A DNA stretch of 64,000 nucleotides from the human T2T-CHM13v2.0 reference genome, Homo sapiens, in assembly GCF_009914755.1 (NCBI RefSeq), contig NC_060936.1; one strand, written 5' to 3'. The notes under the pieces are model-generated. The model was not told where the DNA came from. It did no database searches and saw nothing but the letters and a program-made list of their open reading frames with translations. Positions 49,838-64,000 of this stretch are shown here, piece by piece (the stretch's first letter is position 1; every line of letters begins with the position of its first letter). A program made the position numbers and the translations under genes.

Positions 49838-50332
49838 TGTGGCAGACTGCCACGATTACTGCTTGAGACCATCACTACAACAGTTACTACTGTTACTGCT
49901 TGAGACCGTCATTACAAGACTGAACAGAGGACAAACGCAGAAGTGAAAACTTAAAAGAAACTGTTTTGAAGGAAGGGTAACATGGGGAAGAAGAAGAGGG
50001 CTCCCTGCCTCTAGTGAGCAAGGGCAGCCACCCTGAGCTTCCACAGCCCTTTGTATTTATTGGGTAGAATGAGCAGGGAGGAAGAGGTAACAATTGGTCA
50101 GCTGCGTAATTGATCACAGGTTCAAATTATTACTAATAGGCTTCAGATGTACCTAATCACAAAAAACACTTATGCCTGGGTCATGACTGCCCTCAGCATT
50201 CTTTCTGGGCAGCAGACGCAGTTTGTCAGTTTGCCAGCAACCCACTTTCATGAGAACAGTTTGCAGTTTACTCATATAGCCTCTAGTGGTTATATGAGTT
50301 GATCATGTCCCTCAGTCTTTCGGCCTTCAACA
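49838..50332 (-). mobile_element. LTR3 (HERV-K HML-6) solo LTR
   Basis: TG...CA ends; perfect 6-bp TSD AATATA (49832-49837, 50333-50338), typical of ERVK; minus start TGTTGAAGGCCGAAAGACTGAGGG. Confidence 0.88.
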
Positions 50333-50991
50333 AATATAGAAATATGGATATAGAAAGTTTGAAAAGTCTTGTGAAAAGAAAAATTTATGTTGCATGGTCA
50401 AAGCTGGCTAAGACCAAATGGTTTTATTTATAATGGTTTTTTAGAAAACCTTAAATGACATTTAAAATTAAAAGTACACTGATGCAAAACTAGAATTTGA
50501 TTTTTTCTCTGTAAAAATGACAACATTTACTTAGGTTACTGGTCTGCTCTTAATAAGAAATTGTCAAAAGTTTTTTTTTTTTTTGCTTTTAAAGTAATCG
50601 ACTTAGAATAAAAAGATTGTGTATCTTAAAATAATTTCCTGTGCTTTATATCAACTTTATTATTTTCCTGATTATTTAAGAAAACCAAGTATTCTCACTT
50701 TTAAAAGAGCTAAGGTCTTTTTTTAAAAAAAAAATTATGTTACCCCCATAGTTACTTTTGAAATCTTTTGTCATATTGGTTAAATAGATTGCTTAAGTAT
50801 TGTTTCATAGCTGTCTAAGATCTTATTTAGTCAACTGTTCAAAACTTTCGAAATTTTTTATGACATTGCTTTTCCAAGATCAAATTCTAAATGAAACCTT
50901 AATTTTGAACTGAACTTGAAATTTCCCAGAACCATAGACTATCTCAAAGAATTTTTTCCTTTACTTTGTTTTTTTAAAAAAGTTAAAACTA

Positions 50992-51376
<385 letters not shown>

Positions 51377-52859
51377 ATGCAAATACGAGAGGGGCCTGAC
51401 AAAGACTCTCTCTCTACTTAACCAAACTTTAGTCAGACTTTCCTGAGCCCTCTCTGGCTAGGCCTGGGATTTAGGCCCTGTCCTATGGCCTGCATCACCC
51501 AGTTTTCACAAAAGTCCCACCTAGCCCAGTTTAAGGAGAGTCTCCCACCCTCAATATCTGATTACTCTGAATATCATCTGATCAAAATCTTCATCCCCTC
51601 CCCTTGAGCTCTACCTGGCCTGACCTGACTACACTGGCCTGTCTTCAGCAAGAATCCTGTTAGATCAATGTAGCAAGAACCCCCTCAAACTTGATGTCTC
51701 CTCATAATAATTTTTTATTCATTGACCCCCTCATCCTACTCCATGGCTATAAATCCCCACTTATCCTTGCTGTGTTTGGAGTTGAGCCTCAAATGTCTCC
51801 CCTGTTGCAAGTCTTCTAAAGCCTTCATTACTGTGTTAACAAGTGTCATGAATATTTTTTTCTTCAATAATGAAATTTTTCATCTGCAACTTTATATCCT
51901 TCAGCTTATTCATTGAGATATTCCCATGTATTGAATGGATGAATAAATAAATGAATGTGTAAAAGCACAAAGGGAAAATTAAAAGACAGAGAGAATAAAA
52001 TGCAAAGTTCCTAAATCTTACAAGTGGTGTGGAACTATAAAACAAAATAAAGGGGAGAAAATTAAGAAATAACAGAAGCAAATTTTCTAGAGCTGAGGAG
52101 AGACATAAGTTTTTAGATTAAGATAAATGTCAGGGAAAATTGTGAAATACAATATTTTGTGCACTGTTTATCTTACACATAGAAATTATCTTTTCTATAA
52201 TTGTCTTTGAGCTAGGCAATTTACAATTTTTAAATTGTAGAAAAGTAATTGTAATGTAACTAATTTTGCTCATAGAAATGCAAATTCATTGTGTCTGATG
52301 AAATGTAATTGACTATTTCCCTGTGGATAAGACCTAGTTTTTGCATTTATTTGTGAATGGATTTCAGCACTTCTTGACAGCATGTAACCTTGAGAATTCT
52401 TTGGATTTTTCTTGAACAAGCTATAATATCTTAGTAGTTCCCTCATTAATTAATCACTTAAAATCATTGACACATGTATGAGAGTTTATGATTATACCTT
52501 CCTTTTAAAATTATTTTTTAATGGAGTCCACCAAATGCTAAGCCCAATTAATGAGAAAAGGCCCATACCTAGACATATTCCAGGGAAATATATTGAAATA
52601 AAATCTTAAAATCTTCCTGTTACCTATAAGAGAGTACAAATTAGAGTATGGATTCAGCTTTTCTAGCTAAACAAAGAGTAATGGCTAACAAAAATTTTTT
52701 GCCTTCTCAAAGCACATTTATCAACCTTGTCTTGACATATTTCATTAAATATCTCATTAACTGCTTCTTGAAACTTTAACCTCTCTTTTCAATTATGATT
52801 TTTATTCATAGTTGAATAAAAGAATTTGGAGCTCTTACAATTTATTTGCACATAGTCAT

Positions 52860-53110
52860 GAGAAGTAAAATGCTTATAAACTTAGAGTTGGGAATTAGAT
52901 TTCATGGGTTTAAATCCAGGCTCCACAATTTTACTGTCTATGAGACATTTAATACATTTAAACTACTTAACCTCTTTGTGTTTTAGTTACTTCCTCTGGG
53001 AAAACAGAAATAATAATAATAATGCATACCTCCTAGGGTTATTGGAACATTTAGTGAGATAATACATAAAATACACTTAAAATAGTGACTGCTGTGTAGT
53101 AAGAATGAGG
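52860..53110 (+). mobile_element. MIR
   Basis: gggtttaaatccaggctccac...acttaacctctttgtg...atacctcctagggttatt. Confidence 0.7.
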
Positions 53111-53591
53111 TATGTGAAGTATATGCATAATAAATCAGGTTGAAGTGTAGTCCATGGGACATTGTTTGCAAATAGGAAACAATCTAAAGGTCTATTAATG
53201 GTGAAATGGTTACATTTATTATAGGTATCCGTGCTGCGGAATACTATGCAGACCATGTAAAAATTAAGCAAATCTAGTTATGTTAATATGGAACTCTTTC
53301 TCTACATGAAAACTGAAAGTTAAAGGCCAATAATATTATATATGATATGATCACAATAGTGCAAGGGAAAAAAATCACAAAATACCCATTTAAAACAGCC
53401 AAACTTATAGTTAAATGTGTGTATATGTTTGTATATACAGAGATAGAGAGATGTATAAACAGGCAATTTTTTTAATAGTGGTTACCTTAGGGGAAGGGAA
53501 GTAGTAGGGAGATATTCTAAAGGTCTGATATGTTTATTTTCTATGTTGTATATATGTGTAATCTGTGGGATTCACTAAGAAAACTCTAAGG

Positions 53592-53814
53592 CAAGCTTGT
53601 TCAATCTGTGGCCTTCAGGCTGCATGAGGCCCAGGACAACTTTGAATGCAGCCCAACACACATTTGTAAACTTTCTTAAAAGGTTATGAATTCTTTTGCG
53701 ATTTTTTTTTTACTAGGTCATCAGCTATTCTTAGTGTTAGTGTATTTTATGTGTGGCCTAAGACAATTCTTCTTCCAATGTGGACCAGGGAAGCCAAAAT
53801 GTTGGACACTCCTG
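53592..53814. mobile_element. MER30 hAT MITE
   Basis: Perfect 8-bp TSD CTCTAAGG (53584-53591, 53815-53822). Confidence 0.92.
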
Positions 53815-54127
53815 CTCTAAGGAAGTATGAGTATTGATTTTCAGATGTTTACTTTCTGATACACTGTAACATATGTATTTAGTATTTTTGGTTTCACCAC
53901 TATTTTGTTGATTTTTCTAGTGTGTGGTTTTTGTTCTTGTCCTTCACTAACAGTTAATTTAATGAGTCTCTAAATGATGATAAAAGCACACATTTCTGGT
54001 TATTTCCAGATAGCTAGCCAGGGAACAGCATCTTATGCTATTTTCTCATATTTCTGCAACAAACTTTATATGTGCCTTATTTGTTAACACTCACCAACTA
54101 CTACCATGTGTTAAAAGATTTTTTTTG

Positions 54128-54128
54128 G

Positions 54129-54161
<33 letters not shown>

Positions 54162-54177
54162 CACACACATATATATA
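54128..54177. repeat. (TG)n(TA)n(CA)n microsatellite
   Basis: Direct reading. Confidence 0.9.
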
Positions 54178-54241
54178 TTCTCTGTCTTCTCTTATTCTCT
54201 AATCTTATATATATATATAGGATCTTATATATATAATATAT

Positions 54242-54506
54242 ATGTAATCTGATATATATATAAGGTATATATCTAATCCGATATATATATAAGATGTATA
54301 TCTAATCCGATATATATAAGATGTATATCTAATCTGATATATATAAAATGTATATCTAATCTGATATATATAAGATGTATATCTAATCCGATATATATAT
54401 AAGATGTATATCTAATCCGATATATATGATGTTTATCTAATCCAATATATATAAGATTTATATCTAATCCAATATATATAAGATGTATATCTAATCAGAT
54501 ATATAA
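54242..54506. repeat. Minisatellite, ~10 copies of a 25-29-bp unit ATCTAATCCGATATATATAAGATGTAT
   Basis: TAATC recurs at 54245, 54274, 54303, 54330, 54357, 54384, 54413, 54438, 54465 and 54492. Confidence 0.92.
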
Positions 54507-54935
54507 AAATATACATAATTCTAATAAAGCAATGTGAGGACAAAATTTATGCTGACTTAGCATTTTATTCTTGACAATATGATATTTTGCATATAATCAT
54601 TACTTAATAAATACCTCTTAATATTTTAGATTGTTGTATTTCTGTGTACAAAAAGGCATGAGTTTAAAAATATATACTCTGAGCAGACTATAGGTAAGTG
54701 TATTACATACTTCTGAACAGACTACATGTAAGAGTATTATCATTTCCATCATCTAGCATTCTAATATTTTAATTACAAATATATACATAGTCCTTTGTCT
54801 CAGGAAATGGTCATTTCATTTTTTATTATCCCATGGAAGTTTTTCCCAGCAGAAATTTCTCAACCAAGATGCACAAGTACAAAGTTAGAATTGTTTCCTT
54901 TAAATCTAATGATAACTCAAGAAAAAATATTTTAG

Positions 54936-55271
<336 letters not shown>

Positions 55272-56769
55272 TAATTGATTTATGCCTGGTTTTATTATGT
55301 TTCAAATTTGTACATAAACTCAAATAATAAAATTATCACATTTAATAAGATCACAATTTTAATCAATCTTCCTAGTCTTCAAAATGTCTACCATCCCATC
55401 TTTTATATGAACCATACAATTAAAACATTATTTTAAATATAGTAAACCTAATCTCCGTGTTCAAAGATGAAAGGCACTTTCCTAAAAATAATGTACACTG
55501 GAAAAGGAGGAAAGAAACCAGTAAATAAAAATACTTTATAAATGATTGACTATAAACATATGTAGAATATGCTTTTGGACATATCAGTACACATACTACT
55601 GTATAGCTGATTGTTTAAAACATTTGAAATGCAAATTAATAGTATTATTTCCCTGCCTCTGGTTCAATAATCCACCCTCACACTTTATACTCCAGGAATA
55701 TTGAAGCACTTTTCATTTCAAGTACATAACCTTTGTTATTTTATACATCACATTGTTTAACAATAATTTATTTATATGTCTGATACTACACTGAGGGCAG
55801 GGACCTTACCTTTTCATCCATATATTCTCAACATAACAACACGACGTTATTTAGGTCTGCAATAAATATTTGTTTCAGGAATCAAGAAATTATTGCATGA
55901 ACTCCCACATTTACTTAAAAGTTATTCAATCAATAGACCCTGATGTCACGTTTTATGTAGAACTTAATACTTTGGAATTTGTTCATGTTGAACTCATGTC
56001 TTTCTCTTTCATCCAATCATACTTCAAAAATTTTTTCATCAGTTTTTTTTTTCTGATCATTTCTTTCTTCTAGAAAGTTACAGTGATTCTCCATTGACTT
56101 GCTCCTATCAAACCTAGCCTCTTTAATATGACTTTAATACTCAATAAACTAACCAAATCTACTCCCTAACATAGTACTCTGTGTTTTTACTCCTTAATTC
56201 TAGTCTCCTAGACCTTTTCGTTTCCTGCATTTGACATGCTTAACTTCACTTTAACTCTTGCAGATACTCTATTCTTTATTCTTTTAATGTATCACCTTTT
56301 TAATGTGTCTCTTTATTTCTTTAAGAATCACACTTTTAAAACCACTAAGGCTTGAGATAAAAGAATGAAACAAGAATGGTTCCTCTTTCTTGCACAGAGG
56401 TTAACAAAACAAAACAGTACTTTTTGGTTCACTTGGAAGTATTAGAAATATTAAAGTTTTACAGATAATTTCTGGAATGCCTTTGATTATTCCCATCTTT
56501 TTCACTCCAATTCAAGATCTGTTTCTCTTTTGTAGGAACCAGCTCTTTTATTTCATTTTTTAATGAAAAGGCCAGATTTTGTTTTATCCTACAATAGAAT
56601 TTTCTTAACAAAGAGAAGGAGAAATGCCAATAGCATTCAATACTTCTCTACTCTTGTATCATTTTTACTTTTCTATAATTGGATTGTCTCTCTTTTTCTC
56701 CCTTTTTTCCACAACTTCCATCTTTTAAAAACTTTTTCTCCTCTTTCTCATCTTCCTCTCTTCCAATAA

Positions 56770-57925
<1,156 letters not shown>

Positions 57926-58150
57926 GAATATGTTATTGGTAGAACCTATTGAAGTATTTATCTAAATATAGTGTTGAAAATGCTGCCCGAACTCCTTGGT
58001 AACTCTCTACATGTCTCTAAATGAAAATAGTTTATATTTCTTGAATTGCTTGGTGAAAAGTTCTATGTGAATGGAATATATTATTGTTTATAATATGAAA
58101 GTCAATGTTTAAAATTAAATTTTGTGTCTTTCTTGAAAATTTTATTTTAG

Positions 58151-58255
<105 letters not shown>

Positions 58256-59354
58256 TAAGTTACTTAAAATTAATAAAAGAATATAAAAATCAGAATATTT
58301 CAAGGTGAGTTTTTCTAACTTTTAATATATTTTTATAAGTGTTTTTGAACTATAAAATAAATATACTTTACATTGAAATATTTTCAATCAATTTTATAAT
58401 GAAATAAGTCTTAAATTGGACATATTGATTGTACTTATACACTAGCCAAATATTACTTCCTGGATTAACCTTCACTTTAGTATTATTTCACAATATTTCA
58501 CTTAATTAGCATAAGACAAATTATTTTCCAAAATAGTTTATTCTAAAATTTATAGTAAAAGTAGAAAGAAAATTAGATGTGTTGAAATTTATTTAGTAAG
58601 AATTGTTTCATGAATATGTCAGTTTTGTAACATGAAGAACACTTTTAATTGACCACCTCTTGGAGATTACATTATTAACTGGGACCTGTCTTATATGTAT
58701 AAGGAATTGTAACATCTCAGAGATTGAAAAGCACTTCAAACATCTTTTAGTCAAGCTATTCATATATGACTATACCATATACCTGGGTGCCTTCAAATGG
58801 TGGAAAATAACTGCATCTCAAAATAGCTTCCATTTCTTGAGAGCTCTTTTGGAAAGTTCCAAGTTTCTTACAGGTCAATATAATACTATAAATAATATTA
58901 TTATAACTTCCAAATAAGTTAGAAAATGTTTGAATTAACATCTTAAATAAACAGTAAGAATTGACTGCCTACCAAGATTGAGAAGGAATTTCTGCCAAAT
59001 AAAATGCTTTGGGACTAAACCAGACAGAAAAATTTAAAAAGCAGTGATTACTGATTGTATTCCCCTGGCTAAGAAAAACAAAAGAACTATGCTGTGCATC
59101 AAATTAAACTCAGAAAGCTCTTTCCTGATGAGAAGTCTTGCTAACTTTGAATATAGACATGCAAAATAAGTTTGGAATATAGAGTTGCAAAACATTTTAG
59201 GTGTCCTTTCACTCCTACAGACTGGAAGCATTGGGATACCTATTACATGCAGAAACTTTAAAAATTACTACTGATTGGTCTTGCAGATTCAAATGGAATT
59301 GTACACTGGGGAGGAGGGGGTTGGTAGAGGTTTTTCTGGGGCACAAATCCTCAT

Positions 59355-61270
59355 TTATTCACTCAGCAAGTATGTACAGGCTCTGTTTTTTCTGCTAACA
59401 AGACGCAAAAAGACACCACATTGAGTTTATAGTCTTGGCAGGGAGACAAACACTTTTTAGTAAGTGAACACATAGATAAATAACATTTTAATTAGACAAT
59501 AAAATATACTGTAAAAAGCAACACTAGTAAATAGAGAATGACTGGTCTAGAAGACAGATAGGGTAGTCATAGAAGAAGGGTGTCATTTGAGCTGAAAACC
59601 AGATGTTCCAGGTAGAAGTATGTTCCAGATAGGAACATGTATAAAAATCTCAGAGATTGGAATGAGTTTAACATGTCAGAGAAAGGAATAACTGTGGTTA
59701 GATGTAGGAGTTGAGGTGGAGAGTTAGATGACAGCTAGACCAAATATAATAACATACATTATGTTAAAGATTTTGGAATTTATCCTAAGTAATGACAAAG
59801 CCATTGGAAGGTCTTAAGCACAGAGTGACATGATCTCATTTTCGTTTTGAAAAGAACACCTTAACAAAAAGATTACTGTGGCTGTTGGTAGAGAATGAAA
59901 TATAAGGAAACGAGTGTAAAGAGGAAGTACAATTAGGAGGCTGTTGCCTGTAGTACAGGCTACAGACTGATATTTTGGATTAGGGTTTTAGCATGTGGAT
60001 TGTTTATCAAGTTGGATAATGAATTACCACAAATGTAGTGATTTAAAGCAGCAACATTTATTATCAAACAGTTCTATAGGTCATGAACCCAGGCATATTG
60101 TGGCAGGATTGTCTTCCCAGGGTCTCAAAGGCCAAAATCCAGATGTTGACTAAGTATTCACTTGGAGGATTGGCGAAGTACCTGCTTCCAAGCTCATTCA
60201 GGCTGTGAGCAGAATTTAGCTCTGTATGGTGATGGGACTCTTGTCCTTGTTTTCTTGCTGGCTCTGAGCCATGTGTTGTCTCTTCTTCTGGAGCTGCCCA
60301 TGTTTCTTTGACACATGGCCCCACCATCTTCAAGTCAGCCAAGGTATGTCAGAGCATTTTCATGTTTCAAATCTCTGTCTCCTCTTCTGTGACCAGCTAA
60401 AGAAAACTCTCTGCTTTTAAAACACCCATAGGATGAGTCAAGGCCAACCTAGATAATGTCAATATTTTAAGGTCAGTGGTGCCTTATAATATAATTATGG
60501 AAGTAAAATTCATCATATTCACTCTCCTGATAATTATGCATGGCATGTACCTGAGGAGTGGAGGATCTTGTGATTCATCTTAGAATTCTGCCTACCACAG
60601 AATGGAAATGGTGAGGAAAGGTCAGTTTCTGGGTATATTATGAAGGTGGAGCTAATAATACAAGCCGATTGGCTTGAGTTTAGGGATAAATTGAATAAAA
60701 TAATCAAGCAACACTATGCCTATGTGTTTAGTCTAAAAAACTGGGTGGATGGTGATTTCATTAACTTAGAGAAGATCAAAAGATATGTTTTCTATTTGGG
60801 TATATTAGATAGAAAAATAAATGTAGGAAATGTGAATGAATCATGAGAAGCAGATAGCCATATGAAAGTATGTGGTTGTTTTCTAAGTAGACGAAGCTTC
60901 TGGTATAAAGGCCCTGAAGTGGAAGTCACAGTGAATTAGATCAGCATATGGAGAGTGAATATGGAGACAATTTAAGAACTAAGTCCTGGGGCACTACGCT
61001 ATTTTAAACTAAGGCAAAAGAGCTAGTAAAGGAGAATGAAGAGAGGTTAATGAGGTATGAGGGAAACCAAAAACCTGCTGGTAAGGTACTTGGAAGTCAA
61101 GTGAAGAACATGAGCTAAGAAGCCCAAACTGGTTAACTCTATGAGATGCTGCTGAGAGAATGAGAAATTGAGGAAGGAGAACTGACAGTTCCATTAGATG
61201 AGATGAAGGTATTTGGTGACCTTAATAAGAATAGTGAGTACAGGGGTCTCAGATGACTACAGTGATAAGA
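59355..61270 (-). mobile_element. L2 remnant interrupted by MLT1E
   Basis: tcatttattcactcagcaagtat 3' end and purine-rich L2 body. Confidence 0.7.
60000..60599 (-). mobile_element. MLT1E-type LTR
   Basis: aattaccacaaa...gcttccaagctcattcagg...tcttagaattctgcctaccaca. Confidence 0.8.
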
Positions 61271-61572
61271 TGAAGCTACCAGTTGTTGAAATTACCCTTT
61301 TTTTCTTGCTACTCTCTTATTGCACAAGCTTCTTTGTCTTGAAATTTGTTAACCATTTTTCCTTTGATACAAATATTGGCAAGTCTACCTTGAAGGATCT
61401 AGATTGGAACAGTTATCAGTCAACTCAGTCCAATTCTTATTTGATTATGTACCTAAAATAGGCAATCACATTATCTCTCTTAAGGATAGTTGGTAGAAAA
61501 ATCAATCCATTACAATACTATAAAATACTGGGTAGAAATGAATGTAAAATAACCAAATTGAAAATTAAAAGG

Positions 61573-62050
61573 TATAGTGGGATGAATGGTGCCCCCCCTA
61601 CCAACGTTATGTTTAGGTCCTAATTTCCAGAACCTGTCAATATTACTTAAATGGCAAAAGTGTGAATATAACCTAATATGGCAAAGATGTGGTTAATATA
61701 AGGATCTTGAGAGGAGCTTATTCTAGATTATTTGGGTGAGGGCTAAATGCAATCACATGTATACTTGTAAGAGATGGAGAGGGGGATTCAGCATAAGACA
61801 CACAGAAGAGGAGGCAGTGTGACCACAGCAGAAGCAGCTACAGTGATGCATCCACAAGCCAAGGAGCTAAGGCCACCAGAAGCTGGAAAAATCAAGGAAC
61901 AGATTCTTAAGAGCCTTTGAAGGGAACACAGCCCTGCCAACACCTTGATTTTGGACTTTGGGCCTCCAGAACAGTGAGAGAATAAATTAATGTTGTTTTA
62001 GCCACTGAATTTGTGGTAATTTGTTAATATAGTTACAGAAAATTAATGCA
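61573..62050 (+). mobile_element. MLT1C-type LTR
   Basis: gccaccagaagctgg...cagccctgccaacaccttgattttggactt...aataaat. Confidence 0.8.
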
Positions 62051-63026
62051 GAATGGAAGAATAAAACAGACCTGGCCATGCATACTGAAAATAACAAGTC
62101 AAAGCAACCTTGAAAATTTTTCTCAGAAACACAAAGGTGAAGAATAGAGGTCAAAATATATATGAAAAAATAAAGGAAATATGTATGGCATATAAATCTA
62201 CAAATTGGTGTTTCTAAAGAATAGAGAAGAGCCAAGGAAAGAGAAATAATAAAGAAAAGAAAATGTTCCTAATCTACAAAGATATCTGTATAAAGATTAG
62301 AATACTTTATAATGTATCAGAAAAAAACTGAAACAATATTTACATATAATTATTTACTAGTCCTTATTTTTCATTTTCAAAGATAAAAACTCACACATGT
62401 TAAGTACAATTTTAAAAAGTAAAATAAAACAATATTAATTCGATTACTCTAAAACTTAAATATTAGAAAGGACACAAGGATGACCATAAGAATTTATGCT
62501 TCATTGATAGGTAATGTTATTAACTGAGCTAGGAAAATATATAGAGTGGAGGGAAAATAACTTTTATTTTTAGGCATGTTGGATCTGCAGTTGACTACAG
62601 GACCTTTCATTTAGTTAAATATAATTTTGTTGTAAGTGTGCCAAAGACATTGCACATTACATTTTATGTAATGTAATTTATAAATATTTCCCCTTATTGT
62701 GTTATATAGATGAGGGTCAATAAGTAGATCCAAATCCATATGTAATGATTGTGATAAAGTTGGCGTTTAAAATCACTGGTTAAAGTATTTAAGTAATGGA
62801 ATTAGGAGAGCCTACTGGCTGGATAAAAGTAAAACTGAGTTTTTCACTCATCTTAGAGGATTAAATTTCTAATACATAAAAGACTTAAACATTAAAAAGT
62901 GAAGTCATGAAAGCTATATTAGTGAATTTACTTACAATTTGGAAGGTATAAGGACTTACCTATCAGAACATTAAAGTCCAGAAACTATAAAGGAACACAT
63001 GTATGAATCTGAGTATAGAAAAAATT

Positions 63027-63735
63027 ATTTATTAAATAGAGAATCCTTTCCCCATTGCTTGTTTATGTGAGGTTTTTCAAATATCAGATGGTTGTAGATA
63101 TGTGGCGTTATTCCTGAGGCCTCTGTTCTGTCCCATTATAGTAATAGTTTGAAGTCGGGTAACGTGATGCCTCCAGCTTTGTTCTTTTTGCTTAGGATTG
63201 TCTTGGCTATTCAGGCTCTTTTTAGTTCCATATGAAATTTAAAGTAGTTTTTTCCAGTTCTGTGAAGAAAGTCAGTAGTAGCTTGATGGGGATAGCATTG
63301 AATCTATAAATTGCTTTGGGCAGTATGGCCATTTTCATGATATTGTTTCTCCCTATCCATGAGTTTGGAATGTTTTTCCATTTGTTTGTGTCCTCTTTTA
63401 TTCATGTCCTTTGCAGGGACATGGATGAAGCTGGAAACCATCATTCTCAGCAAACTAACACAAGAACAGAAAACCAAACACCACATGTTCTCACTCATAA
63501 GTGGGAGTTGAACAATGAGAACACATGGACACAGGGAGGGGAACATCACACACTGGGGCCTGTCGGGGTGGGGTGCGAGGGGAGGGATAGCATTAGGAGA
63601 AATACCTAATGTAGATGGTGGGTTGATGGGTGCAGCAAACAACCATGGCACATGTATACCTATGTAACAAACCTGCATGTTCTGCACATGTACCCGAGAA
63701 TTTAAAGTATAATTTTAAAAATTAAATGAATAAAA
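63027..63735 (+). mobile_element. L1PA7-like element with 5' inversion (antisense 63027-63400, sense 63401-63735)
   Basis: Antisense ORF2 segment joined to a sense 3' end at the TTCAT junction. Confidence 0.88.
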
Positions 63736-64000
63736 GAAGAGACAATAGAATGGATAGGGAGAAAATAGGAGAGAAAATAGACATGACACCTCAGTGAAAT
63801 TAATGAAGCAGTGTGGCAGGAGTAAATAAGTTAGCACCCTGGAAGGAGGATAGGAGGTTATAGCCAGTGAGTGAAATGTCTGATTTTGTGAGTTCAGAGG
63901 TGGAGCTGTTTTAAGAGGTAACAAGATCCAGAATGTAGCTATAAAAGTGACAACTATGGAGAATTGGGAAGCATTTTGGTAGTAAAGACATCTAGTAATG

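Noticed and set aside
54242-54506. CRISPR-like array
   Set aside because: No unique spacers, eukaryotic context; a simple minisatellite.

Overview
Primate, most likely human, genomic DNA. I recognise it as the chr12q21 GLIPR1-like (CAP/SCP superfamily) cluster. The + strand holds the last three coding exons of GLIPR1L1 (7691-7779, a 27-nt micro-exon 14549-14575, and 14674-14765 with polyA signals). It also holds the CpG-island promoter and first three coding exons of GLIPR1L2 (35701-35934, 54987-55232, 58151-58254). The promoter looks bidirectional, with a minus-strand donor at 35421/35422; from memory, a long CAPS2 isoform starts here and contains GLIPR1L1 in an intron. The rest is mostly transposon-derived: a two-LTR HERV-L provirus, MER4 and MER31 ERV1 remnants, an LTR3 solo LTR, MaLR LTRs, L1s of several ages, Alus, L2/MIR and DNA transposon fossils. 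Nearly all ORFs in the track are repeat-derived or noise. I found no convincing novel biological system. The best leads are splicing, regulatory and structural: the bidirectional promoter, a degenerate CAP tetrad and candidate poison exon in GLIPR1L2, the micro-exon, a 347-bp tandem duplication, a minisatellite and perfect hairpins. Repeat subfamily names come from recalled consensus sequences and need RepeatMasker/Dfam confirmation.
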